A stretch of DNA of 64,000 bases from an uncultured Gammaproteobacteria bacterium. Its GTDB lineage: Bacteria > Pseudomonadota > Gammaproteobacteria > UBA6429 > Thiohalophilaceae. The notes beneath the pieces are model-generated. The model was not told where the DNA came from, made no database searches, and saw only the letters and a program-made list of their open reading frames with translations. Below, piece after piece: positions 8,945 to 18,687 of the stretch; within the stretch, counting starts at the first letter, position 1, and every line of letters starts with the position of its first letter. The stretch covers positions 2,172 through 66,171 of the forward strand of contig CALNYZ010000044.1 of assembly GCA_942490945.1 (NCBI GenBank), given 5' to 3'. Both the position numbers and the translations under genes were made by a program.

Positions 8945-9487
8945 TCAGTTCTGTTTACAATTGCGCTTGATAACCGTTTTTCCCATCACCGTTGTGCCAC
9001 TATTACCACTGCCTCGACTTGCACCCAATACAGTTGTTGAATCATTGGTAGTAGCAAGTGAAGCCTTGCAGGCGAGATTGATGGTTGTCTTACCCATTAC
9101 CGTGACTTTGCCTTCCAGACAATACCAGCCGTTAGGATTCAGCAAATGAATTGTGGATTTGCCCATCACATTCACGGCTGACGCCACCAGAATCAACTGC
9201 GGATAACTGGTGCTGGCTTTATCGTAAACATCGCTTCCCAGTCCGAACAGCTTGACATCAGCTTCAATGACCCGAAACTTGAGTTTGCTTGTTTTTTTAA
9301 ACGGACTATTGCTCCCCCACGCAGCCAGACATTTTTTAACGTCCTTACCGTGCACCGAGCTCATTGGCTGCAAGTTATATAAATCAGCATATTGTTGTTC
9401 GCCGAGCCCGCCTGCTTTGGCGATTGAATTTGTAAACAAGCTGGTCAGAATAATTGTTATATAGTATGAATATTTACTCATCACCAA
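8945..9487 (-). CDS. Secreted hypothetical protein with three VMGK[ST]xI repeats
   Basis: Signal peptide ...SLFTNSIAKA. Repeats are NVMGKSTIHLL, TVMGKTTINLAC and TVMGKTVIKRNC. Confidence 0.6.
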   Translation of the reverse strand: MVMSKYSYYITIILTSLFTNSIAKAGGLGEQQYADLYNLQPMSSVHGKDVKKCLAAWGSNSPFKKTSKLKFRVIEADVKLFGLGSDVYDKASTSYPQLILVASAVNVMGKSTIHLLNPNGWYCLEGKVTVMGKTTINLACKASLATTNDSTTVLGASRGSGNSGTTVMGKTVIKRNCKQN

Positions 9488-9607
9488 ACTCCTATATAGA
9501 TAGAATTATAAGCTCTGGATTACAGTCGTTAAATATAAATGTACAATACTGCTAAAAACAAGCTGATTTTTCGCTAATCCTGTCCCGATTTTAAAATAAG
9601 ACCGGAT

Positions 9608-10291
9608 TTACAATTTATCCAGTTGTATTTGTGAAAAATCCTTTACTTGCATATGGCTTGCAGTCTTGTCTGTTGCAGCATCACGTACCAGCCAGATGGT
9701 TTGCATACCCGCATTACCTGCGGCATCCAGTTCAGATTCAATATCAGACAAGAACACGATTTCATTGGCGGGTAGTTGAGTTGCTTTTATTATTTCAGAA
9801 TACGAATTCTCATCTGACTTGGCGCCAATATTTGTATCAAAATAACCGGCGAACAAACCGGTCAAATCACCGAACTCCGTATGAGCAAATAATAATTTCT
9901 GTGCATAAACCGAGCCGGATGAATAGACGTATATTTTTAAACCCAACTCGCACCAATGTTCCAAAGCGTCACGCGCATCCTTATATATGTGTCCGTAATA
10001 ATCTCCATTCTGATAGCCTTTTTCCCAAATCATCCCTTGTAATGTCTTGAGTGGTGTTACTTTTTTATCTTCCTCAATCCATTGTTGCAATTGAGCAATC
10101 ACACGATCAATGTCGGCTTCGCTACCGATTTCATTTTTTACCGAATCGATTTGTGTTTTTATATCCGGAACAGATGAATTGTTTCGCACAAATTCGGGCA
10201 GATACTTGCTTGCATAGGGAAATAAAATGTCTTTGACAAAGGATATGGATGAAGTGGTACCTTCGATATCAGTAACAATCGCCCTGATCAT
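9608..10291 (-). CDS. mtnC: Enolase-phosphatase E1 (methionine salvage)
   Basis: MIRAIVTDIEGTTSSISFVKDILFPYA, a HAD DxExT-type N-terminus. 227 aa. Overlaps mtnD by 4 nt. Confidence 0.9.
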   Translation of the reverse strand: MIRAIVTDIEGTTSSISFVKDILFPYASKYLPEFVRNNSSVPDIKTQIDSVKNEIGSEADIDRVIAQLQQWIEEDKKVTPLKTLQGMIWEKGYQNGDYYGHIYKDARDALEHWCELGLKIYVYSSGSVYAQKLLFAHTEFGDLTGLFAGYFDTNIGAKSDENSYSEIIKATQLPANEIVFLSDIESELDAAGNAGMQTIWLVRDAATDKTASHMQVKDFSQIQLDKL

Positions 10292-10848
10292 AAATACTGA
10301 CTGACTATTTGATCATAAGTCGGAAACCGGTTCGCTATATCATTGCCGGTGAAATTTCCGACCCAGCCATCCTTGGTGGTAAACATCCGAATGCATTTAA
10401 AACTGGGCTCTGTGCCCATATCAAACCAGTGCGTCGTGTTTGCAGGTACGCTTATAAGATCACCCTTCTCGCACAACACTGCATAAACCTTGCCGGAAAC
10501 ATGCAAATAAAACAGTCCACTGCCGTCGACAAAAAACCTTACCTCGAAATCAGCGTGGGTGTGTTCAGCAAGAAATTTTTGCCGGAAAGTCGCTTTTTCC
10601 GGATTATCAGGACGTAGTGCAACAACATCTACCGCATTGAAACCATATTGTGCGTTTAACTTTTCAACATCTGACTGATAGGCAGTTAATACTTCTTCCT
10701 GATCTGCGTTGTCGCTCAGCTGCTGAGTTGCCTGCCACTGTTCAAATTGCACGCCAATTGAATCCAGCCGTTTTCTGATCGCAGACTGGTCCCTGATTAC
10801 TTCGCTGTTATCATCGGCAGTAGCGGAATAAATTACCAGTAAACTCAT
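10288..10848 (-). CDS. mtnD: Acireductone dioxygenase (ARD)
   Basis: 186-aa cupin with EHTHADFEVRFFVDGSG...HWF. Overlaps both neighbours by 4 nt. Confidence 0.9.
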   Translation of the reverse strand: MSLLVIYSATADDNSEVIRDQSAIRKRLDSIGVQFEQWQATQQLSDNADQEEVLTAYQSDVEKLNAQYGFNAVDVVALRPDNPEKATFRQKFLAEHTHADFEVRFFVDGSGLFYLHVSGKVYAVLCEKGDLISVPANTTHWFDMGTEPSFKCIRMFTTKDGWVGNFTGNDIANRFPTYDQIVSQYL

Positions 10849-11468
10849 GGTGTCAGTCTCCTTAAACGTAATTCACAGTCAAATAAAAACTCCAGCGCCT
10901 CCACATGACGCATCGCATCCGTCATGCTGTTACCCCACGTATAAAAACCATGTCCTGCAATCAGATAGCCATGCACAACATCGGCACTCTGCATGTAAGC
11001 TTCGACCTTGGCAGCAAGGCGCACGATATTCTGGTCATTGGCAAACACTGGCACAATCAGGTTGTAGTGATGACTATCCACGCCTGGAAAAGCTTTTAAC
11101 AATTCGTAATTCTGCAATTTCAGGTAATCTTTTTGTACGCGGGATAAAATGGTGGCATTGACGGAATGTGGATGCAGAATCACATTTACACCCGGTAAGT
11201 GCTGATATATTTGCACGTGGAGCAAGGTTTCAGCAGAAGGCTTGCGCGCATCCAATGGCGATCCCGATGCATCTATCAGCATGATGTCATCTGTCGTCAT
11301 ACGGCCTTTGTGTTGACCTGATACGGTAATCGCGATCGTGCCATCATCAAGCCGGGCTGAAAAGTTACCACTGGTGGCTGGCACCATACCCATTTGATAC
11401 AGCTGCTTGCCTGCCTCAACGAGTGCCTGTGCCTGTTGCTGAAAATTATTATTTGTTACGCTATTCAT
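10845..11468 (-). CDS. mtnB: Methylthioribulose-1-phosphate dehydratase (class II aldolase fold)
   Basis: 207 aa with PATSGNFSARL...ILHPHS...GHGFYTWG. First gene of the mtnBDC operon. Confidence 0.9.
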   Translation of the reverse strand: MNSVTNNNFQQQAQALVEAGKQLYQMGMVPATSGNFSARLDDGTIAITVSGQHKGRMTTDDIMLIDASGSPLDARKPSAETLLHVQIYQHLPGVNVILHPHSVNATILSRVQKDYLKLQNYELLKAFPGVDSHHYNLIVPVFANDQNIVRLAAKVEAYMQSADVVHGYLIAGHGFYTWGNSMTDAMRHVEALEFLFDCELRLRRLTP

Positions 11469-11607
11469 ATCTCACCGGACTGCGCTTCATGATCAGTGCG
11501 CGATTTTAACCTGTATACACCAATTACACCATTAAACGACCGCATTGAAAGATCAGATAATGACCACATTATTTTTTCAGGTTTAAGTCAAACCAGAAGG
11601 CAAAATT

Positions 11608-12513
11608 TCAGTCCGCTTCAATCAGCCAGGACAACTCCTTGGCAGCTTTGTCATAACCAAGTTTGATGAGTTCGCGGGCCCGGTAAAATTCATATATCTG
11701 CGCCGAATCACGTGAAATACTGATAGTGACATCGGGTGAATAGGCGGCTAATTTCAGGCGGGCGATATTATTTTGCATGATATCCAGTGAGCGCACCATA
11801 ATATCGACATAGCCTAACGCCTCTTTTTCGCCATCGTCCGAGTCCTCGAACAAACCGGAGAGTAAAGACTTGATACGCGCCGCATAGCTATCGTCATCGT
11901 TTGTGGATTTTTTCGACAAATTTTCAAGACTCGTTACCTGTCCTTGATTCATGTCTGGTTCACTGTCAACGTTAACTGCAATGGTAATGTCGGTCATGTC
12001 AGACAAGGTTGGCGCAATCGGCACAGGGTTGACCATGCCACCATCAAGTAAATGTCGGCCTTGAACGACAAATGGGGTAAAGATCAAGGGTACTGCAATG
12101 GAAGCGCGAATCGCATCGAAAAGTGGTCCTTTGTTAAACCAGACTTCCTTGCCCGAATCGATATCTGTCGCAACCGCAGTAAAACGAATCGGCAAGTCAT
12201 CAATTTTGTTATCACCACACAACTCTTTAAGCTTCTCTATCAGCTTTTCGCCTTTAAATAACCCGCCTCTGGTAAATGAGATATCCAATATTTTCACAAT
12301 ATCCGATTTACGCAAGCTTAAAACCCAGTCCCGATACACATCAAGTTTGCCAGCAGCAAAAATCCCGCCCACCAGTGCACCCATTGATGTCCCGGCAATT
12401 GAACAGACTTCAAAATCATGTTCAGTCAACCAGTCGATCACGCCGATATGCGCGAGCCCCCGTGCGCCCCCACTACCGAGTACCAGTGAAACTGTTTTTT
12501 TGCGCTTTTTCAT
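11608..12513 (-). CDS. rssA: Patatin-like phospholipase, RssA-like
   Basis: 301 aa. Oxyanion GSGGARG, nucleophile GTSMGA, catalytic DGG. Same length and layout as E. coli RssA. Confidence 0.8.
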   Translation of the reverse strand: MKKRKKTVSLVLGSGGARGLAHIGVIDWLTEHDFEVCSIAGTSMGALVGGIFAAGKLDVYRDWVLSLRKSDIVKILDISFTRGGLFKGEKLIEKLKELCGDNKIDDLPIRFTAVATDIDSGKEVWFNKGPLFDAIRASIAVPLIFTPFVVQGRHLLDGGMVNPVPIAPTLSDMTDITIAVNVDSEPDMNQGQVTSLENLSKKSTNDDDSYAARIKSLLSGLFEDSDDGEKEALGYVDIMVRSLDIMQNNIARLKLAAYSPDVTISISRDSAQIYEFYRARELIKLGYDKAAKELSWLIEAD

Positions 12514-12780
12514 AAGAAATACTTCATATTGTTCAATCGAGCTAAATTATCTGCGTGTCATCATATTCGCATAAATAAACCCTGGTTTACATAGATAAAT
12601 TACATAATCAAAATACGCTTTTCTGTTGTTAAATACCGGCTGCCAGGTACCGTATATTAGAAATCCTGTATGGTTAAAACTATAATCAGCATATTTGAAG
12701 AATAAAGATGACATGTAACCATTCAGTTGCGGTTCAGCTGATTCGGATTATTATAATTAAAACTGCAGGGAGAATACGTT

Positions 12781-13740
12781 ATGGCAAATATCAAATGGCT
12801 AACGGGGCTGTTACTTACGTTTACTGCTGTAAATGCGCACGCCGGTTTACAACGCAATGTCAATCTGTCGGTGGATGGCGTAATGCGCAGTTACGATATT
12901 TATATTCCGAATCAATCTGCCAAATCTGAACGGCCGCTCGTGTTGCTTTATCATGGCCACACTGGCAGTGCAGATGTGATGACGGGAGCAAACAGAAAAA
13001 AAGCGCCGTACAAAATCTGGCTGACACTGGCAGAAAAAAATAATTTTATTATCGCCATCCCGGATGGTACCAGGGGCAGCAATAACAAGCAGGGCTGGAA
13101 TGACTGCCGTGCGGATACCACGACTAACCCCCGTACTGATGATGTGAAATTTACACTAAAACTGATTGAAGTGATTAATCAACAATACCATATCGATAAA
13201 TCGCGAATTTATGCCACAGGCACATCAAATGGAGGCAATATGGTACTTCGTCTGGCGATGGAGGTGCCCGAAAAATTTGCCGCAGTCGCTGCGGTGGTCG
13301 CCAGCAATCCCGTGGACAATAAGTGTCGGGAACGACATCTACCGGTGTCGGTATTATTTATGAATGGTACTGCTGATCCAATATTACCCTACAAGGGGGG
13401 AAAAGTCGGTAACGGCAAGCACGGGCGCGGTATTGCATTATCAACACCAAAATCAGTTGTATATTGGGTGAGAAATAACAGCACACGGACAAAACCGGAA
13501 ATCAAGCACCTGCCTGATCTTGATAAATCCGACAACAGTACCGTAGTCCGTCACAGTTATACAAATGGCAAAAACGGATCGGAGGTTGTACTCTATTCAG
13601 TGATAAATGGTGGTCATACCGAGCCCAGCCGTCAGGAACAATACCGACGCTTGTATAAACGGATTGTTGGTAATCAGAATTATGATATTGAGATGGCCGA
13701 TGAGGTCTGGGCGTTCTTCAAAAATAAAGTCCGGCATTAA
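12781..13740 (+). CDS. Secreted esterase of the PHB-depolymerase (LpqC/COG3509-like) family
   Basis: Signal peptide ...AVNAHA, LLYHGHTGS, and nucleophile elbow GTSNGG. Confidence 0.7.
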   Translation: MANIKWLTGLLLTFTAVNAHAGLQRNVNLSVDGVMRSYDIYIPNQSAKSERPLVLLYHGHTGSADVMTGANRKKAPYKIWLTLAEKNNFIIAIPDGTRGSNNKQGWNDCRADTTTNPRTDDVKFTLKLIEVINQQYHIDKSRIYATGTSNGGNMVLRLAMEVPEKFAAVAAVVASNPVDNKCRERHLPVSVLFMNGTADPILPYKGGKVGNGKHGRGIALSTPKSVVYWVRNNSTRTKPEIKHLPDLDKSDNSTVVRHSYTNGKNGSEVVLYSVINGGHTEPSRQEQYRRLYKRIVGNQNYDIEMADEVWAFFKNKVRH

Positions 13741-13742
13741 TT

Positions 13743-14477
13743 TCATTTCAACAGTAATGCCAAACCACTAATGATAAGCAAAACACCAACAGCTTGTTGA
13801 AAATGCCGCTGGCTGATATTGGTATGAAGATGGCCGCCTATATATAAACCGATTGCCATAACCGGGATGGCAGCAGCTGTCCACAACAAGATGTCCTTGC
13901 TATAAAAACCGGCGACTGCGTATCCGGACAAACGTATTCCACCTTCAATTAAAAATGCAGTGGCAACCGTGGAGCGAAACACACTCTTGGGTAAACCGCG
14001 CAGCTGAAAGTAAATCACATACAGCGGTCCGCCGGTGCCAAACAGGGTACTAACAACACCGCCGACTGTTCCGGCAACCGCAGCCCATTTACGACTGCAG
14101 TGTTGTTTTAATTCAAAACCCAGCAGGCTGTATATTGCGAATAATATAATAAACACACCAAGGGCATGCACGAGTGTCGATGTGTCTATACTTTTAAATA
14201 AATACAAGGCAACGATCACGCCGGCAAAGGTAAACGGTAACACCGGTAGCAATTCTCGCCACGCGGTATGCTGGCGGTGTCGCCAGCCATGTACCACCGA
14301 TGCCAGCACATCAATAATACTGATAAACGGCACGACAAACGTTAACGGCATGAATAATGCCATTAACGGAATTGAAATCAGTCCCGATCCGAATCCGGTA
14401 ATACCGCGAAATGTATAGGCAACAAATAAAATGGCACAGACCAGAATGACTTGTTGCAAGGAAAGCGTCTCATACAT
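13743..14477 (-). CDS. TauE/SafE family sulfite/anion exporter
   Basis: 244 aa, 7-8 TM, with FRGITGFGSGLI and GTGGPLY repeats typical of the family. Confidence 0.85.
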   Translation of the reverse strand: MYETLSLQQVILVCAILFVAYTFRGITGFGSGLISIPLMALFMPLTFVVPFISIIDVLASVVHGWRHRQHTAWRELLPVLPFTFAGVIVALYLFKSIDTSTLVHALGVFIILFAIYSLLGFELKQHCSRKWAAVAGTVGGVVSTLFGTGGPLYVIYFQLRGLPKSVFRSTVATAFLIEGGIRLSGYAVAGFYSKDILLWTAAAIPVMAIGLYIGGHLHTNISQRHFQQAVGVLLIISGLALLLK

Positions 14478-14563
14478 AAATTACTTCTGATATCGTATTG
14501 TTTTTTCGAACATATCGGGACAAGCTGAGTACGGTCGAATAAATTGAGTACCCGTAGCGAAGA

Positions 14564-15232
14564 TTATACTGGCGGGTCAAGGACCTGTCCGGTTGAGTTG
14601 TTAATGCGAAACCAGCCTGTCAGACTGTAACGCGAGCGGCTACAGGGCAATACTTCATGCGGAAATTCTTCACTGAGAAAAATAACCATGTTACCAAACC
14701 TGGGCAGAACGGTTTCCAGTACCGTTTCATTATCATCAGCGTATAAAACCAGTTCACCACCATCTTCCGTCTTCCAGTCAGGATTCAGATACAGGGCGGT
14801 CGACAAACGGCGAGTAGATGAACCCTGAAACGTATCATAATGTTTTTTATAAAAACCACCCGGCTGATAATGCGCATAATGACATTCGTAATCAAACAGA
14901 CCAAGAAACAATTCACGATTAAGATATTCGCGCAACTGTTCTGTCCACTCCATATAATAACTGACCGGCGCATGATCGGCCTGCAACCAGCAAATTCTGT
15001 CACGCCGTACAAACTGGTTTAGCATGTGTGACTGATCCCGACCTATCCCTGCATGGTGAAACTCACTGTTATCAGTTTGCTTGATATCAATAAACATGTG
15101 TTGCAATTGCTCAACAGAAAAAACTGCATCCAGGACAATATAACCCTGCTCGCGTAACGCAACCGCGATTCGGGCAAAGACATCGCGGTCGATTGGTCCG
15201 GTAGTAATGGGTTGTATATTCAAGGCAGTCAA
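14564..15232 (-). CDS. 2OG-Fe(II) oxygenase (prolyl-4-hydroxylase-like)
   Basis: HxD in KKHYDTF, distal His in FPHEVLP, and Arg in RYSLTGWF. Confidence 0.75.
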   Translation of the reverse strand: MTALNIQPITTGPIDRDVFARIAVALREQGYIVLDAVFSVEQLQHMFIDIKQTDNSEFHHAGIGRDQSHMLNQFVRRDRICWLQADHAPVSYYMEWTEQLREYLNRELFLGLFDYECHYAHYQPGGFYKKHYDTFQGSSTRRLSTALYLNPDWKTEDGGELVLYADDNETVLETVLPRFGNMVIFLSEEFPHEVLPCSRSRYSLTGWFRINNSTGQVLDPPV

Positions 15233-15383
15233 CTCGGGTAAACAGTGTTGCGTGCTTTATAACCTAATTCAGGAATCCATCATAGCAGAATTGCAGAAAA
15301 TAACTGTTTTGGTCTTTTGCGCTGATTCACGGTCAGCTGACAGTAAGCGACCTGTCAGCTACCGGTTTGCTCGTGACGATTTT

Positions 15384-16214
15384 CTAAAATTGCTCGGCCT
15401 GCCAGTATTTGAGATTCAATACTTTCGTCTTCGTTTTACCCAACGCTTTGATATATTGCTCGGGTGTGCCTTGCAGATACGGATTTGTACCATAGTGCAT
15501 CGGTATGGCATATTTTGGTTTCAGATATACCCGGGTTGCATAGGCGGCATCTTTCGGGCTCAGGACATAATGACCCCCGACAGGTATCAATACCAGATCA
15601 GGCTTGTAATAGCTGCCGATAAACTTCATGTCGCCAAACAAGCCTGTGTCACCCATGTGGTAAATCTTGAAGCCATTTTCCAGCTCAATGATGAACCCCG
15701 CCGGCTCACCACCGACATGAATCTCAAGCTGTTTGGTTTGCGGATTGGTCCACTTGTATTCCGAACTGTGTTCCGCACGAGTCATGGTAATTTTTATATC
15801 CTTACCGAGTGGCGTAATAACTCCACCCTTGTTAAAGCGCGGTGCCAGATCTGCTGGCATTTCACCAAGTGCCACCAGACTGTCATTCAAACCGGCCGGT
15901 GCATACATTGGTGCTTTATGTTGTTTGGCAAGCGCCGGCCCGTCACCGACATGATCGCCATGTGCGTGCGTAACCAGAATCAGGTCGACTTTACCTACTT
16001 TACTTAAATCCTTTTTATCCGCAGCAAGATTTGGATTATTTGTAATAAAGGGATCAATCAGGATAACTTTACCGCTAACTGATGTTATCTTGAATGCAGC
16101 ATGCCCCAGCCACTGAACCGTGACCTTGCCATCAGTCGCCGCAACACTACTGACCGAGTAAAAAAACAGTGACAGGAATAATCCTGCCATTAACTTGTTC
16201 GAAATTGTTTGCAT
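15384..16214 (-). CDS. Periplasmic metallo-beta-lactamase-fold hydrolase (UPF0173-like)
   Basis: Signal peptide, plus LVTHAHGDHVGD (the HxHxDH motif). Confidence 0.85.
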   Translation of the reverse strand: MQTISNKLMAGLFLSLFFYSVSSVAATDGKVTVQWLGHAAFKITSVSGKVILIDPFITNNPNLAADKKDLSKVGKVDLILVTHAHGDHVGDGPALAKQHKAPMYAPAGLNDSLVALGEMPADLAPRFNKGGVITPLGKDIKITMTRAEHSSEYKWTNPQTKQLEIHVGGEPAGFIIELENGFKIYHMGDTGLFGDMKFIGSYYKPDLVLIPVGGHYVLSPKDAAYATRVYLKPKYAIPMHYGTNPYLQGTPEQYIKALGKTKTKVLNLKYWQAEQF

Positions 16215-16468
16215 AACACACCTCTGACGTTAATGATAAACTACGGTTTATAAACTTTATAATATTGCCAACAAGTCTAGTCACTTTGTCGGGGTATACC
16301 TCAATTATTTATTACAAATTGATAAAATATCTTTTTATTGTCAACCCGATACCGAAGCGAATATCATCTATAATTATCACCCTGTTTCACGAATCCGAAC
16401 ATTTTTCTTCTCGACAAAAATGACTCAACAGTACCAATATTCATCGATTACCGGGACAGAGCTGAAAA

Positions 16469-17848
16469 ATGCGCTACTCTAAAGACCCGCAAACACACAA
16501 CAGCCTGCGCCATTCGCTGAAAGATGCCGTGTCGTTCTCAGTCATGTCGGGCAGTATCGAAACCTATTTTTCTGCCTTTGCCTTGCTACTCAAGGCAAGT
16601 AACTCACAAATTGCTTTACTCGCTACCCTGCCCAACCTGCTCGGTTCGCTCGCGCAGTTGTTTTCTGCCTGGCTGGGTCACCGCTTGCAACGCCGTAAAC
16701 CGCTGATCGTCACCGGTGCCTATGCCCAGGCAGCGGTGCTCCCCTTGATGTTCCTGTTACCGTGGTTATGGCCTGAATATGCCATCAGTATTTTGTTAAT
16801 CTGCATGGCACTGTATTTTGCCGCTGCACATTTTATTGCCCCACAGTGGATGAGCCTGATGGGTGAACTGGTGGCGGAAAAAAGACGCGGTCGTTTCTTC
16901 GCCCGACGCACTGCCCTGGCAACGATTACTTCTTTTATCGCGCTGTGCCTTGCCGGCCTCGTGTTACATATTTTTGACCTGTTCAACAGTACCATGATTG
17001 GATTTGCAATCCTGTTCAGTATCGCGTTTATTGCACGGCTGGTGTCTGCCTATCACCTCGGCAAGATGCATGAACCCACGGAACACGCTGCCAGTCTGGA
17101 ACCCATTTACGATATACGCTGGCTAAAACAACCTGCGCTCAAACCGGCGTTACGATTCAGTATTTTTTACATCCTGATGCAATTCGCGGTCGGTATTGCC
17201 GGCCCGTTTTATTCGGTTTACATGCTCAACACCTTGCAATTCACTTACCTGGAATTCATGGCCAACATTGGCATGTCGGTATTGGTGCAGTTTCTCACCC
17301 TCAGTTACTGGGGTCGCATCAGTGATGTTATGGGCAATCGTGTGGTGCTGCTGACTACCGGCTGGATTGTCCCGATCCTGCCTGCACTGTGGCTGGTCTC
17401 GCCGAACTTCTGGTTTTTAATGGGTGTACAGGTTATTGGTGGTTTTTGCTGGGCCGGTTTTAGTTTAAGTGCCACTAACATACTCTATGATTTATTACCG
17501 CGTAATAAACGTGCTACCTATCAGGCATTACAAAACGTGATCATGACATTCGGTATATTTGTCGGCTCCATGATTGGCGTACTGGCAACCCGCACGCTAC
17601 CTGCACAATTCAGTGTCGCTGGATTGGAATTTAATTTTGCAGCGGCCTTGATGTGGGTATTCCTGTTGTCTGCATTAGCGCGCGGGCTGGTGTCAGCAGT
17701 ATTTTTGCCACGCATACAGGAATTACGCAAACCGCGACGTAAAACTTCACCGTATGAACTGGTGTTTCGCTTTACGCGTTTCAATGCTTTTTCCGGATTA
17801 CTGTATGACATTGTTGCACGTGTACAAAAAAACGATCAGGATCGCTAA
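16469..17848 (+). CDS. MFS transporter
   Basis: 459 aa, 12-TM pattern. Confidence 0.8.
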   Translation: MRYSKDPQTHNSLRHSLKDAVSFSVMSGSIETYFSAFALLLKASNSQIALLATLPNLLGSLAQLFSAWLGHRLQRRKPLIVTGAYAQAAVLPLMFLLPWLWPEYAISILLICMALYFAAAHFIAPQWMSLMGELVAEKRRGRFFARRTALATITSFIALCLAGLVLHIFDLFNSTMIGFAILFSIAFIARLVSAYHLGKMHEPTEHAASLEPIYDIRWLKQPALKPALRFSIFYILMQFAVGIAGPFYSVYMLNTLQFTYLEFMANIGMSVLVQFLTLSYWGRISDVMGNRVVLLTTGWIVPILPALWLVSPNFWFLMGVQVIGGFCWAGFSLSATNILYDLLPRNKRATYQALQNVIMTFGIFVGSMIGVLATRTLPAQFSVAGLEFNFAAALMWVFLLSALARGLVSAVFLPRIQELRKPRRKTSPYELVFRFTRFNAFSGLLYDIVARVQKNDQDR

Positions 17849-17873
17849 CGTAGGCGAACCGTACGACGCCTGG

Positions 17874-18560
17874 TTAAAACCGTAACTCCAGCGCGTTGCA
17901 TAAAAACTGCATGTATGACTCGGCTGCTGTAAAACGATCACACACGAATTTTTTAAAGTGTGCTGATGTCACAATATCTTCTTCAAACGGTGCAATGGCA
18001 ATAAAGTCTTTACGTTTGATATCATGAATCAGCGGGTGTTCCTTGCTGTAACCGCGTGGTGGATTAACCAGAGCATCACCCGCAAGGGAAAAATACTTGT
18101 TGAACGGCTTTGCGTTGATCGTTGTTTGCCATAAGGTGCCTTGCTCGGCGATTCGTTCACGAATTTTCCCCAACGCCGTCGAATCAGGCCGCCATATTCC
18201 GACACCAATAAAACAATCACCCGGTTCAATATGCACATAAAAACCTGGCGCATGCACGTCTTTGCCGACTTCATGTCGAAACTGTATGCCTAAATTGGTT
18301 TTATACGGACGTTTGTCCTTGCCGAAACGAACATCACGATAGATCCGCATAAGCGACCCGCCCATTTTCTTCGGCACGGCAAGAAAATGAGGTGAAATTT
18401 TTTTTAAATCATCATTCATGTCGGCTATAAAATTCAGCGCAGGTTCACGCACCGTGGCTTCATATACATGCTTGTTTTCGTTAAACCAGTCACGCCGGTT
18501 ATTTTGATTAAGGTTTTGTAAAAAAGTGAGGCTGTCTTTGGTGAAATAGTGGTTAGCCAT
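17874..18560 (-). CDS. DUF2461 (TIGR02453-like) family protein
   Basis: FLQNLNQNNRRDWFNENKHVYE...RIYRDVRFGKDKRPYKT is a characteristic signature. Confidence 0.8.
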   Translation of the reverse strand: MANHYFTKDSLTFLQNLNQNNRRDWFNENKHVYEATVREPALNFIADMNDDLKKISPHFLAVPKKMGGSLMRIYRDVRFGKDKRPYKTNLGIQFRHEVGKDVHAPGFYVHIEPGDCFIGVGIWRPDSTALGKIRERIAEQGTLWQTTINAKPFNKYFSLAGDALVNPPRGYSKEHPLIHDIKRKDFIAIAPFEEDIVTSAHFKKFVCDRFTAAESYMQFLCNALELRF

Positions 18561-18687
18561 CCTTCTGCTCCTGTTTGGCAGGTATAGGTATTGCGCAGCA
18601 GCTACCGCGCGAATTTGTTAAGACATATAGCAAAATTATAGCGCCGGGTTATACCGAACAATAGAATGCTGGAGAATCGCCAACTTG

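Noticed and set aside
15207-16007. 266-aa ORF on the plus strand
   Set aside because: It lies almost entirely antisense to the well-supported MBL-fold hydrolase gene (15384..16214). It has Cys/Arg-rich, non-protein-like composition, so I treat it as a shadow ORF. The same reasoning applies to 12098..12574, 43024..43437, 45009..45410, 51939..52481, 3062..3514 and 33973..34464.
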